Counted from the stretch's first letter, positions 8,927 to 17,440 are shown. The stretch: DNA of 60,812 bases from a virus (IMGVR_UViG_3300008267_000069:1-60812); one strand, 5' to 3'. The notes: generated from the sequence alone by a model not told the origin. Translations and numbers: made by a program.

Positions 8927-10537
8927 TTACCCCCACATCCACTCGCCGCTACGGCTACGGATGCGGCGTTCAACGTCCTGCTGTGCTGCCTCTCGCTGCC
9001 GTGCCTGCTGCGCCAGCAGCACCTTCCGCTCGGAGTCGGGCAGGACTGCGGACACTACCTCAGAGGTCGGGCGGCCCCAACCCAGCTTCTTGCGGAGGGT
9101 GTCCAGCCGCTCCATCAGCGTCCGCACCGCCGGCAGCGGCACCGGCTGCGCCGTGTTCAGCGTGCCGACGGCTTCATGGCACCAGCCCGCATGCTCATGG
9201 ATCCGCACGGCGCTCCACACCCATCTAGGGCTAGGCGCTCCCTTTTTGGTCATCGAGGCCCACTGGTAGAAAGAAAACCGCGCCCAGGCTGTCGGGCTGA
9301 TGTTCTCAGCCTCAAGAGCCTGCGCCGCCTCCAGCAGCGCCGCCCGCTCCTTGGCCGACTGCGCCTTGGCGGGACGCCAGAAGTCCGTTCGCAACACCTT
9401 CTCATGCACGGCCCGATAGGCCGCCTTGAGCAGCGCCAGCCGCTCGTTCTCGCTGTGGGACGCCTCCACCTTCGGAGGGGCAGGCACCCGCAGCACTTGG
9501 ATCTCGTTGGCGAGCTGCGAGGCGGCGCGCATGTCCTCGCTGGTGTACCGCTGCTGCGGCCCCTTGTAGCCACCGCCCAGCGTGATGCACTTGGGGCCAC
9601 CCTCGCCACCCAGCACCGAGAAGAGATCCACCTCCACGCCGTCGGCCCATGCGGAGGCCGGCGCGGGCTGCGCCTCGGGCGCGCTGCGCCTGACCGGAAG
9701 GGCCGGGGCGGGTGCGCTGTCGCTTGGCTGGGTGAAGTTGGGCATGGGTGCCTCCCCTTCGCTGGGTGTGAGGGTGCCGAGAAGGATGGGGAGAGGGTAC
9801 CTCAAGGGATTCTTCCTCTCCTTTCCAGCCCTCTCTGTAGATAAAGAACGCACGCGGAGTGAAACTCCGCATTTCTGATGAAGAGCCGTAGGCTCTTCAG
9901 AAGAAATAAGATCTTGGTACTTATAGGCAGGTATGTTTGATTTTCCGGGGAGACGTTTGATTGCCTGCCGAGGGGCGCTGTCCTTGGCTCCCTTGGGACG
10001 GCCAGCGCCGGGGCGCACGCCGCCCTGACCGGCGGCTTCCTTCACCAGCCGTGCAGTCTCACGCGGCACCAGCGCGTTCTGGGTCTGGCCGTCGGGGGTG
10101 GCCTTGAGGATGCCCAGCACCTTCCGGACGTAGACCTTGTGCATGTGCGGCCCCAGATCGGGATCGCACCGGCAGGGAACCCTGCGGTAGGTGAAGCCCT
10201 TGTCGTCCACCAGCTTGAACTCGCGGAGGCGGGCAAGGCTCTTGCGGACCTGCTCCAGCCCGAGGCCGGTGGCCTTGACCAGCCCAGGAACGGACGGGTG
10301 CGTCTCGCACTCCCCGTTGCGGAGGGTGAGCAGGGTGGCCCACAGCCGAAAGGTGGAGCGGCCCAGCTTCTTCTGGAGCAGGGTGGCCGGGAGGATGGCG
10401 TCGGCCTTCGCTGAGGAAAGGCGCACCTCGCGCTGCTCACGCTCCACGACCTTGGCGATGCCCTCAGTCCGTCGAGGTATCGGGCGGCGCGGGATGATCC
10501 AGCGACCTTGATCATCAGTCAGTTGTAGGGAAGGCAC
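8927..10537 (-). CDS. Putative replication initiator (N-terminal wHTH, AT-hook-like GGVRPGAGRPKG, internal AT-rich ori-like segment)
   Basis: Directly upstream of the helicase; HPSVPGLVKATGL...VRKSLARLREFKLV wHTH; GAGGAG RBS before GTG. Confidence 0.6.
   Translation of the reverse strand: MPSLQLTDDQGRWIIPRRPIPRRTEGIAKVVEREQREVRLSSAKADAILPATLLQKKLGRSTFRLWATLLTLRNGECETHPSVPGLVKATGLGLEQVRKSLARLREFKLVDDKGFTYRRVPCRCDPDLGPHMHKVYVRKVLGILKATPDGQTQNALVPRETARLVKEAAGQGGVRPGAGRPKGAKDSAPRQAIKRLPGKSNIPAYKYQDLISSEEPTALHQKCGVSLRVRSLSTERAGKERKNPLRYPLPILLGTLTPSEGEAPMPNFTQPSDSAPAPALPVRRSAPEAQPAPASAWADGVEVDLFSVLGGEGGPKCITLGGGYKGPQQRYTSEDMRAASQLANEIQVLRVPAPPKVEASHSENERLALLKAAYRAVHEKVLRTDFWRPAKAQSAKERAALLEAAQALEAENISPTAWARFSFYQWASMTKKGAPSPRWVWSAVRIHEHAGWCHEAVGTLNTAQPVPLPAVRTLMERLDTLRKKLGWGRPTSEVVSAVLPDSERKVLLAQQARQREAAQQDVERRIRSRSGEWMWG
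9853..9945. repeat. Structured 93-bp element, copy 1 (inverted copy at 25570-25662); candidate replication origin
   Basis: Near-identical reverse complement of 25570-25662; hairpins GCGGAGT-GAA-ACTCCGC and TGAAGAGCC-GTA-GGCTCTTCA; locally AT-rich. Confidence 0.9.
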
Positions 10538-10548
10538 GCTCTCCTCGA

Positions 10549-10686
10549 TTCACCGGCAGGGCGAACGTGCCCGGAGGCACGCTGGTTGCGCTAGGGGGGT
10601 GATCGGGGAGGGGCGTCACAGGGGAAGCAAGCTAACCCTTTTTCCCTACCCGATAAGCCACCAAGCACGTTCGCCCTGCCGGCGAA
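10549..10686 (-). promoter_or_regulatory. Long hairpin in the 5' leader of the initiator gene
   Basis: Perfect 18-bp inverted repeat CCGGCAGGGCGAACGTGC (10553-10570 / 10665-10682) with nested internal stems, ending just before the RBS. Confidence 0.7.
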
Positions 10687-10827
10687 CCGTGCCTGCTTTC
10701 TTCGTGACCACCATCAATCCCCGCACCCCTGCAAGGCTTGACAGCGTTAGGCTCACTCTAGTGTAGGCACCGACGGAACGCAACCCCGACTTGCGGCGTC
10801 AAGGTTGCGCCCCATCCAGCCTGCGGA

Positions 10828-10998
10828 TCAGTAGCCTCGCAGCAGTCCCTCGATCCGATAGGCCAGCCACTTGATGCTGGCAAATACCAGCCGCACCGCG
10901 CCTCGGATCAGCCAGGCTCCGATCACGCCGAGGCAGACACCGACGGCGATCCGCAGCGAGACTCCCATCCAGAACATCTGCCCATCGATCCCTTCCAT
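10828..10998 (-). CDS. Small membrane protein (56 aa)
   Basis: Hand translation MEGIDGQMFWMGVSLRIAVGVCLGVIGAWLIRG...; GGAGG RBS. Confidence 0.6.
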   Translation of the reverse strand: MEGIDGQMFWMGVSLRIAVGVCLGVIGAWLIRGAVRLVFASIKWLAYRIEGLLRGY

Positions 10999-10999
10999 C

Positions 11000-11188
11000 T
11001 CAGACCTCCTCGCCGCTGGCGATGGCCAGCATGGGGTGACGGGACGGCAGGACGGCAGCAGCGCGCCGCCAAGTCCGTGCCCGCTCCAGAGCCTGCCTCC
11101 ACTCGTAGTCGGCGGTCCCGTAGACCTCTACCCGCCCTGCCACCTTCTTGAAGTCCACCAGAGACACCCTGCCGTTGAACTTGGCCAT
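11000..11188 (-). CDS. Hypothetical protein (62 aa; start re-called at MAKFNG)
   Basis: GGAGG RBS and start-associated hairpin. Confidence 0.65.
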   Translation of the reverse strand: MAKFNGRVSLVDFKKVAGRVEVYGTADYEWRQALERARTWRRAAAVLPSRHPMLAIASGEEV

Positions 11189-11255
11189 AGACGGCCCTCC
11201 CGCGCCCTCAGGCGCATGATCGGTTGTTGATCGAGTACAGACAGGGGGCGGGTCG

Positions 11256-11738
11256 TCAAACGGCGACAGCGGCCCACCAAGTCGGGGCAGGACGCCCCTT
11301 GGCCCACTTGGCGATGCTGGCCTTGGCGCCACGGTAGTAGGCGCGGTACGCCTCGACCGGATCGTCGCACTTGAACTCGTCGGGCATGGCCAGAGCAAAC
11401 GCGGTCAGCCCCGCATTCGGCAACGAGTCAGCAAGCGCGATGACCTGATCGGCGCACCACTGCATGACCGCGCGGCTCTTGTGAATCTTGCCGAATCGAT
11501 GGGTGTACTCGTCAGCCAGCGCCATGCCATGCACCAGCAGCCATGCGTAGTTGGTCAGGCTGGTGCGCGCCCACACCGCGCAGGGGTGGTTGTGGTGGGT
11601 CCGCTTGTAGGGGGCGACACCCTGCGGAAAGGCGCTGCACAACAGCTGCGCCGTTTCCAGCACCATCTTGACGAGGTGCTTGTCGCACTGCATCCGAGCA
11701 GCGGTGACGGGATCACGGTCCAGAACAAAGATGTTCAT
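11256..11738 (-). CDS. Pyrimidine-dimer DNA glycosylase / endonuclease V (T4 denV-like family)
   Basis: MNIFVLD...CDKHLVKMVLETAQLL...YKRTHHNHPC..W...EYTHRFGKIH...VEAYRAYY. Confidence 0.85.
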   Translation of the reverse strand: MNIFVLDRDPVTAARMQCDKHLVKMVLETAQLLCSAFPQGVAPYKRTHHNHPCAVWARTSLTNYAWLLVHGMALADEYTHRFGKIHKSRAVMQWCADQVIALADSLPNAGLTAFALAMPDEFKCDDPVEAYRAYYRGAKASIAKWAKGRPAPTWWAAVAV

Positions 11739-11808
11739 GAGGTTGTCTCCAGCGCCATGAGGCGCATCGGCTAGTTGCAGGTGCTGGTAGCGGCTACCTG
11801 TAAGGTTG

Positions 11809-11837
11809 CTTCTAGGCTATCGGCGTGAACGTGTCAA
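11809..11837 (-). promoter_or_regulatory. Sigma70-like promoter
   Basis: TTGACA-17 nt-TAGAAG upstream of the glycosylase gene. Confidence 0.45.
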
Positions 11838-11841
11838 CAAC

Positions 11842-13497
11842 TTAGATCAGACGACGCTGCGCCTCCTCCTCGGGGTGATAGCCGGGGCAGGCAGGGGGCA
11901 GGTTGTCGGAGGGTGCGCCGCAGACGGTGCAGCTGTAGCCCACCACCTCATGCGCCCTCATCACCTTGCCGCGCCGGGGGTTGCGGAGCTTGTCCACGCC
12001 AGCGAGATCCTGGAGCGCCTGCCGTCGCAGCTCGGCCCGATAGGCAGCCTGCGCTGCGCTGCCCAGCGTGAAGCCATGCCCATCCTTGCGGGGGTCGGGC
12101 TGCTCCACGCCGATCTGGCCCACCTCCAGCACCTCGACCTTGAAGCCCTCCCGCTCGTACACGTCCTTTCGCGCCCGCCCGTGCTTGGCCAAGTAGCGGT
12201 TCCCGTCATCCAACACGTCCCACGCCTCAAAGGTCTTTTTGTCCTTGGTGACACGGGTGGCACGCCCCAGCCGCTGGAGGGTCAGGATCACGCTCTGCCC
12301 GCCGGCAGCGTTGACCACGGAGGCGAGGCTGGGAATGTCCACGCCTTGGGCGAAGACGTTGCTGCACACGATCACGTCCAACTTGCCCTCGACCAAGCCC
12401 TTGATGGCCTGTCGGCGCTCCTCGGTGTCGTCCTCACCCCAGACCAACTCAGGCCGCAGCCCTGCCTTCTTGGCCATCGCCAGCAGCGTCCTGCCTTGAT
12501 TGACCTGGGAGACGAAGACCAGCGCCGGCTTGGCTGCCTGCCGTGCCATCGCCACCACGGCAGCGTTCCGGACCTTGGAGCGGACCACGCACTCGCCATA
12601 GACACCAGGCCACGTTGGGGCGTTGCTGCCCTGCTCCACCCGGACCATCTTGATCGTGGCATCAGCGAGGAAGCCTCGCGCCCTGAGTTCCGCGCTGCTG
12701 GTCTTGTGAATGATCCCTCCGAACTGGCCCAGCACGAACAAACTCTTTCGGTCGCTCCGGTCCAGCGGGGTGGCCGAGATGCCGATCCGGTAGTAGGCGT
12801 TGATGGCCTTGCTGCTGACGAACGAGAAGGTGCCAGCAGCTACGCTGTGGGCCTCGTCGCAGATCATGCCTTGCACGCTGGCCATGTAGGCATAGGCTGC
12901 TCGGTCCTTGGCCTTGCTCATGCGCCGGCTCAAGGTCTGGAATGTGGCCACGGTGATCTGCTGCGGGTTCCAGACGCCGTCTCCGATGATCCCCGGCTCC
13001 ACGCCCAGCCGCTCCCTGATGTGCTTGGCGAACTGCTCCAGCAGGTCGGACTGAGGGACCAGGATCAGCCAGCGGGCATCCGGCACGGAGGCGAGGATCC
13101 CGGCAGCCGCCACGCTCTTGCCTGCTCCTGTGGGCATCTGAATGATTCCGCGAGTCCGAGTGAGCGCAGCCTCCACCGCCTGCACCTGGTAGTCGCGGAG
13201 GTAGGAGAGGTCAGCCTCCACCCTCGGCGGCGGCTTCTGCCTCACGTCCACCAACTCCACCTCGACGGGATCAAGCCGTCCGCTCAGGTGGGTGCGGGTT
13301 GCCCCTGCCTTCTTGACCTTGCCGGCAAAGCCGCTTGGGAACGAATTGTCGATCCGGTTGACCAACTCCACCACGGGGCTGCCGTTGGTGAAGCGGGCCT
13401 GAGGGTCAGCGAAGGTGAGGTACTCGGAGAGCCACTCCATCTCCTCTGGGGTGTACTGGACGACCTTGGCGGTGGCGCAATCGACCTCGATACGCAT
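11842..13497 (-). CDS. SF2 DExH helicase (UvsW-like)
   Basis: LRDYQ, PTGAGKS, CDEAH, SATP, GVDIP, QRLGRATR. Confidence 0.92.
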   Translation of the reverse strand: MRIEVDCATAKVVQYTPEEMEWLSEYLTFADPQARFTNGSPVVELVNRIDNSFPSGFAGKVKKAGATRTHLSGRLDPVEVELVDVRQKPPPRVEADLSYLRDYQVQAVEAALTRTRGIIQMPTGAGKSVAAAGILASVPDARWLILVPQSDLLEQFAKHIRERLGVEPGIIGDGVWNPQQITVATFQTLSRRMSKAKDRAAYAYMASVQGMICDEAHSVAAGTFSFVSSKAINAYYRIGISATPLDRSDRKSLFVLGQFGGIIHKTSSAELRARGFLADATIKMVRVEQGSNAPTWPGVYGECVVRSKVRNAAVVAMARQAAKPALVFVSQVNQGRTLLAMAKKAGLRPELVWGEDDTEERRQAIKGLVEGKLDVIVCSNVFAQGVDIPSLASVVNAAGGQSVILTLQRLGRATRVTKDKKTFEAWDVLDDGNRYLAKHGRARKDVYEREGFKVEVLEVGQIGVEQPDPRKDGHGFTLGSAAQAAYRAELRRQALQDLAGVDKLRNPRRGKVMRAHEVVGYSCTVCGAPSDNLPPACPGYHPEEEAQRRLI

Positions 13498-14066
13498 TAG
13501 AGCATCTCCTTGATCCGGGGATCGGCAGCCATGCGGCGCTTGGCCTGCTTGGTGGCCTCGTAGAGGGCGGTGACAGGAATGCCGGTAGCCTCGGCCACCT
13601 CGGCGCTCTTGGCCTCTCCGGTCAGCACAGCGCGCACAGCCTCACCGTGACGGCCGGCAGCCAGATGCTCGGCCACCAGCAGGGCCAGCACCTGGTCGCG
13701 CTCGGCCTTGTCGAGGGCGTCATCGGCTGACAGCTGATCAGCCGCCACCACGGTCAGAGTCTCATCCGACACGGAGGCAGCACGCATCCGGCCGATCACC
13801 TGAGGAGTTGCGCTGCGCTGGGGGATGTTGGCAGCCACGCTCAGACGCCAGCAGAGGCTCTTCACCGCACGGGAGGCGCAGGGGTAGAGGTAGCCGCCAA
13901 GGTCACCCGCCTCGGGCTGGTAGCGGGGCAGCGCCTCCAGCATGGCGACCCACGCCTCGCTGACGAGGTCGGCGGTATCCAGCCACGGGTGCGTGCGGTG
14001 ATAGCTGCGGGCCACCTGAGTGGCCACGCGGGACAGAACGGCAGATTGCTCAAGGGAGAGGTTCAT
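13497..14066 (-). CDS. Phage sigma70/ECF-like sigma factor (start re-called at MNLSLEQ)
   Basis: Region 2-like DLVSEAWVAMLEALPRY, region 4 HTH SAEVAEATGIP; GGAG RBS plus hairpin. Confidence 0.75.
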   Translation of the reverse strand: MNLSLEQSAVLSRVATQVARSYHRTHPWLDTADLVSEAWVAMLEALPRYQPEAGDLGGYLYPCASRAVKSLCWRLSVAANIPQRSATPQVIGRMRAASVSDETLTVVAADQLSADDALDKAERDQVLALLVAEHLAAGRHGEAVRAVLTGEAKSAEVAEATGIPVTALYEATKQAKRRMAADPRIKEML

Positions 14067-14113
14067 CTTCGACTCCAGCGCCATAAGGCGCATCAAGGGA
14101 ACGGGGCGGGAGA

Positions 14114-14311
14114 CTACTGCTTCTTGTGCTTCTTGCTACGGATCATCTGCCGGCTTTCAGCGAACGCCCACTCAGCGGCGGTCAGCCGGTGCAAGTTGTT
14201 CGCAGCATGAAAGGAGATGTAGCAACTGCGGCAGCAGCCCTCGTTGTAGGGCTGGCGCATCTCTGCACCGCAGGACACACAACCGATCAGTGGAGGGGGC
14301 TTGGCAGGCAT
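14114..14311 (-). CDS. Small Cys-rich protein (CVSC...CRSC)
   Basis: GGAG RBS and start-associated hairpin before the ATG at 14311. Confidence 0.55.
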   Translation of the reverse strand: MPAKPPPLIGCVSCGAEMRQPYNEGCCRSCYISFHAANNLHRLTAAEWAFAESRQMIRSKKHKKQ

Positions 14312-14347
14312 CTCGGACTCCATGCGCCCTGTGGCGCAGCACGGGTT

Positions 14348-14608
14348 TTACAGGACAGCGCGGTGGGCCTCACACAGCAGCGCAGCGGAGGCACTGGTCG
14401 CCAGCGTCCAGCAGTAGACGCCGGCAGAGTTGTAGCCGTGAGCCATCCACCAGCTAGCACCCGGCAGCAGCGGGGAGAGCTTGCGGAAAAGCTCCATCAG
14501 TTCAGCGTGGTCACGGGGGAAAAGACACTGACCAGACTCGCTCGCGGGCATCGGAGCGGAATCACCACCATCAACGATCTTGAGGACAGTGCGCTTGGTG
14601 CGGGCCAT
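14348..14608 (-). CDS. Hypothetical protein
   Basis: AGGAG RBS, hairpin, promoter upstream. Confidence 0.65.
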   Translation of the reverse strand: MARTKRTVLKIVDGGDSAPMPASESGQCLFPRDHAELMELFRKLSPLLPGASWWMAHGYNSAGVYCWTLATSASAALLCEAHRAVL

Positions 14609-14650
14609 CTCAGACTCCTAAGCGCCATGAGGCGCGTCGGTGATGGACGA

Positions 14651-14679
14651 ACACTACTGATGTGGCAGAGAGCCGTCAA
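14651..14679 (-). promoter_or_regulatory. Sigma70-like promoter
   Basis: TTGACG-17 nt-TAGTGT with an A-rich upstream element. Confidence 0.7.
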
Positions 14680-14779
14680 CCTTTTTGTTGTCTATCTTTT
14701 GACCCTTCGCGTCATGCTCAATTTTGTCGGCTGGACCCACGGGCATTTCTCAAAAACAGGGTAAGCCTCCAGCGTCAGC

Positions 14780-15015
14780 GGGGGAAAATTCTGGGGAATT
14801 TTTCTGGGATTTTTCCCAGAAATTGCTGGGAAATTCTCTGGAAAAAGTCTGGGAATTTCTCTGGAAATTCTCCAAGATTTTGTCAGGAAAAGTTGAGGAA
14901 AATTCTGACAGAATTTTTGGGAAATTCTCCCGAAAAAGTCTGGGAATTTCTCTGGAAATTCTCTGGGAATTTTCCCAAAAAAGTCTGGGAAAAAGTCTGG
15001 AGAATTTTTCTGGAG
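14780..15015. repeat. AT-rich degenerate tandem repeat (unit of about 11-12 bp, CTGGGAATTTT/GGAAAAAGT-like)
   Basis: About 20 imperfect units; a ~45-bp segment occurs at about 14828-14872 and again at 14919-14963. Confidence 0.85.
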
Positions 15016-15712
15016 AGAACCTGGCCCGGCCGGCCTCGAAAAAAATGGTACGGACGAGATCGCTATAGCGTGAAAAATAGCCAATTTCACTTCTGCCCGG
15101 CGACCAGGTCGAAACTGGCCGAAAAGTGGGCCGACCTCCAGTAGCGTCCATTGAATATCTGTTGGTTTTTCAACATTCTATTGAATGGCGGCTGTTGAAT
15201 AGCCGTTCCGCTAGCCGGGGGCTGTTAGGTCGGCGGGGCCGGGGAGCGGTCGGGGGGCTGGCGGGCAGAGTAGGGCGGGAGCGGCCTTTCCGGGGCTTTA
15301 GAGCGCCTAACGGAGGGGGTCTAGTGTAGGATGCAGGGGGAGGGAGAGATCGGGGCTTATAGAGGCTTCACGGCCGTCTCTCGTTTCCCGTTGTCCGGTC
15401 GCCGGCCGTCCGGAGGGTGACCGGGTCGCGGTCCTCGCTTGAGGCCGGCTCGCTGCCCGCGCTCGATAGCAGCGACGGCCAGCCGCCTTCCGACGGCGGG
15501 CGCTCCTCTCCTGGTGCGGCCGGTGAGAGGTTAGGCGGGCAAGGCACGGCCAGCCCGCCGCCCGTGAGGCGCGGCAGGGTCTAGACGTGCGACGACGCTG
15601 GCCCGACACCGGAGGAGAGCACCAGGTAAAACACGCCAAGGCGCACGGCCAGCGGCACCGGGGCGGCGCGGCTGGCGGTGAGTCCTAGCAGGCAGAAAAG
15701 GAAGCGCCCCCT

Positions 15713-15859
15713 CTAGCGCCCTAGCCCGGCGTCGGCCTTAGCCGACGCCGCAAGCGCGGCCTTCAGTTCCTCAAGGGTCCAAGGCCGATCATGCACGATT
15801 CCGTGACGGGGACAGACGACCGGCGCAGGCTCGGTCGGGGAGTTAGGACGTTTCGACAT
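15713..15859 (-). CDS. Small hypothetical protein (48 aa, MSKRPNSP...)
   Basis: GAGG RBS plus start-associated hairpin. Confidence 0.5.
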   Translation of the reverse strand: MSKRPNSPTEPAPVVCPRHGIVHDRPWTLEELKAALAASAKADAGLGR

Positions 15860-15961
15860 AGTGAACCTCTAGCGCCATCTGGCGCACACTCGCCGGGGTA
15901 ATCCGGACGCGGCTGCGCCCTTCCGGACAGAATCCGAAAAGGCGCAGCGACGGCGGACTAG

Positions 15962-16276
15962 CTAGCGCCGCACGTCCGCTACCGCTTGACCGTCGATATT
16001 GACCATGCGCCATCGCAAGTCGCCACCCATCTCGACGACCCTGGCAAGCAACGCCGCCGACGCACGCGCACAGTAGACGCCCGACCAGTCCAGTTGCACG
16101 CAGGCTTCCTCCGCACAGCGTGCGGCATCGCTCTCTGCGATTTCCTGGGTGCGGCCAACGCCCCAAATTAAGCCGCCGTCACTGTAGGCGATCCAGCCAG
16201 CGGGCAGCATCTCAGGGGGGAGCGTCTCAGAGTCCAGCGACTCAAGAGCCTTTTGAATGCTCGTATAAAACGGCAT
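15962..16276 (-). CDS. Hypothetical early protein (start re-called at MPFYTS)
   Basis: GAGG RBS plus hairpin; resembles the C-terminal part of 16777-17211. Confidence 0.65.
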   Translation of the reverse strand: MPFYTSIQKALESLDSETLPPEMLPAGWIAYSDGGLIWGVGRTQEIAESDAARCAEEACVQLDWSGVYCARASAALLARVVEMGGDLRWRMVNIDGQAVADVRR

Positions 16277-16315
16277 GGGAACCTCTAGCGCCATCCGGCG
16301 CACCAAAAGGGAAAA

Positions 16316-16540
16316 CTAGCGGCTCTTGCACTCGCAAGCGGAACGGCCAGCGGGGAGACGGCAGAACGTCCGCCACTGCTGCGCCTCCCACCGCTCGTAG
16401 TCGTCGTCTCCCCATCCCTCGCTCACGTCGTCGGAGGGGAGCGGGAAGGGCAACACGTCGCGTCCGGGGCAGGCACGGGGGGCGGCGGCGGCAGGGAGGG
16501 AGAGGGCGAGAGCGGCGAGGGCGAGGACGATGCGGGACAT
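16316..16540 (-). CDS. Small secreted Cys-containing protein
   Basis: Signal peptide MSRIVLALAALALSLPAAAA; GGAG RBS plus hairpin. Confidence 0.65.
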   Translation of the reverse strand: MSRIVLALAALALSLPAAAAPRACPGRDVLPFPLPSDDVSEGWGDDDYERWEAQQWRTFCRLPAGRSACECKSR

Positions 16541-16583
16541 GGGAACTCCGGAGCGCCATGAGGCGCGGTGAGGGTGTGAGTGC

Positions 16584-16612
16584 TTTGTAGACCAGTTGCG
16601 ATGGCGCGTCAA
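16584..16612 (-). promoter_or_regulatory. Sigma70-like promoter with the -35 inside an inverted repeat
   Basis: TTGACG-17 nt-TACAAA; GCGCGTCAA-N10-TTGACGCGC. Confidence 0.55.
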
Positions 16613-16642
16613 CCTTTTCTTTTTGACGCGCTGCGCCGACTG

Positions 16643-16720
16643 CTACAGATAGAGGTGGAGGCCGATGGCAGCAGCGAAGGTGAGGAGGATGCAGATGCCA
16701 GCGAGGTTGTCATTCGTCAT
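16643..16720 (-). CDS. 25-aa hydrophobic peptide MTNDNLAGICILLTFAAAIGLHLYL
   Basis: GGAG RBS plus start-associated hairpin; one TM-length segment. Confidence 0.55.
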   Translation of the reverse strand: MTNDNLAGICILLTFAAAIGLHLYL

Positions 16721-16776
16721 GGGGAGTCTCCAGGTGCGCCTTAGGGCGCGATAGGGTGGCAAGGGGAGAGGGGAGG

Positions 16777-17211
16777 CTAGCAGAGGTCGTAGACGGGGCC
16801 GTCTGACGTGCGATCGGACAGAGTCACGTCGATCCGGTCGACGCCAGCCTCGACTAGCGCCAGCACTCGCTCCGTCACGCCGCGCACGTCGATAGAGTCG
16901 AGGTCGAACGTCTCGCCCAGCGTCTCCAGCAGGCGGTCAGGGCTGGAGTCGCAGCCGACGACTTGACGACCCGAAAAGGCCACATATCCGGCCAGCAGGG
17001 GAGCGGGAGCGAGGCGCGACTTGTCGGAGGAGAGCGCTTCCGGATAGTCGGAGGCGACGACGTTGCCCGACACCAGCGAGGCCGCCATCATGCAGGCCGG
17101 AATCTTCCAGTGGCGGCCAGCGATCAGCAGCGCGCCAGTAAACGTCGAGGCCAGCACTCGCACCGACTCGCCGTGCCGCGTCACGCAGAAGAGGTGGGTT
17201 CCGTTCGCCAT
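16777..17211 (-). CDS. Hypothetical early protein
   Basis: GGAG RBS plus hairpin, promoter upstream. Confidence 0.7.
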   Translation of the reverse strand: MANGTHLFCVTRHGESVRVLASTFTGALLIAGRHWKIPACMMAASLVSGNVVASDYPEALSSDKSRLAPAPLLAGYVAFSGRQVVGCDSSPDRLLETLGETFDLDSIDVRGVTERVLALVEAGVDRIDVTLSDRTSDGPVYDLC

Positions 17212-17259
17212 GGTCAGTCTCCAGGTGCGCCATCGGGCGCTGTGTTTTGTCTATCGGTT

Positions 17260-17288
17260 GTTGTAGTGCATCCCTTAAGGCGTGTCAA
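17260..17288 (-). promoter_or_regulatory. Sigma70-like promoter with the -35 inside an inverted repeat
   Basis: TTGACA-17 nt-TACAAC; GGCGTGTCAA-N9-TTGACGCGCC. Confidence 0.55.
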
Positions 17289-17314
17289 CCTTTCAGTTTG
17301 ACGCGCCGCGCTAG

Positions 17315-17440
17315 CTACCAGCCCAGCAACGAGAGAATGGACCGGCCCGTCGAGAGCCAGTAACAGCCAGCCACGATGGCAGGGGAGAGGACGGCGAGGA
17401 CGATGGCGGTCTTGAGGGCTTCCTGCTTCAGCGTGTCCAT
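17315..17440 (-). CDS. Small membrane protein (41 aa, MDTLKQEALK...)
   Basis: GGAG RBS within the leader GCAACGGAGACTCCCC that it shares with the gene starting at 17732; hydrophobic stretch. Confidence 0.6.
   Translation of the reverse strand: MDTLKQEALKTAIVLAVLSPAIVAGCYWLSTGRSILSLLGW

Noticed and set aside
9874-9926. Hammerhead ribozyme (CTGATGA...GAAA...TA)
   Set aside because: Six extra bases separate stem II from GAAA and no stem I can form; the CTGA is part of the palindrome
10738-10764. Plus-strand TTGACA...TAGTGT antisense promoter
   Set aside because: The spacer is only 15 nt, and it points away from the leader hairpin
11806-13500. 564-aa plus-strand ORF
   Set aside because: Antisense shadow of the helicase in GC-rich DNA; no motifs
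14780-15015. CRISPR array, or the coding ORFs 14662-15144, 14692-15090 and 14750-15151
   Set aside because: No unique spacers or constant repeat and no cas genes; the ORFs are low-complexity by-products of the repeat
15307-15639. ORFs in 15.1-15.7 kb (and similarly 18.0-19.0 kb)
   Set aside because: No RBS, low-complexity Arg/Gly/Pro translations; treated as non-coding
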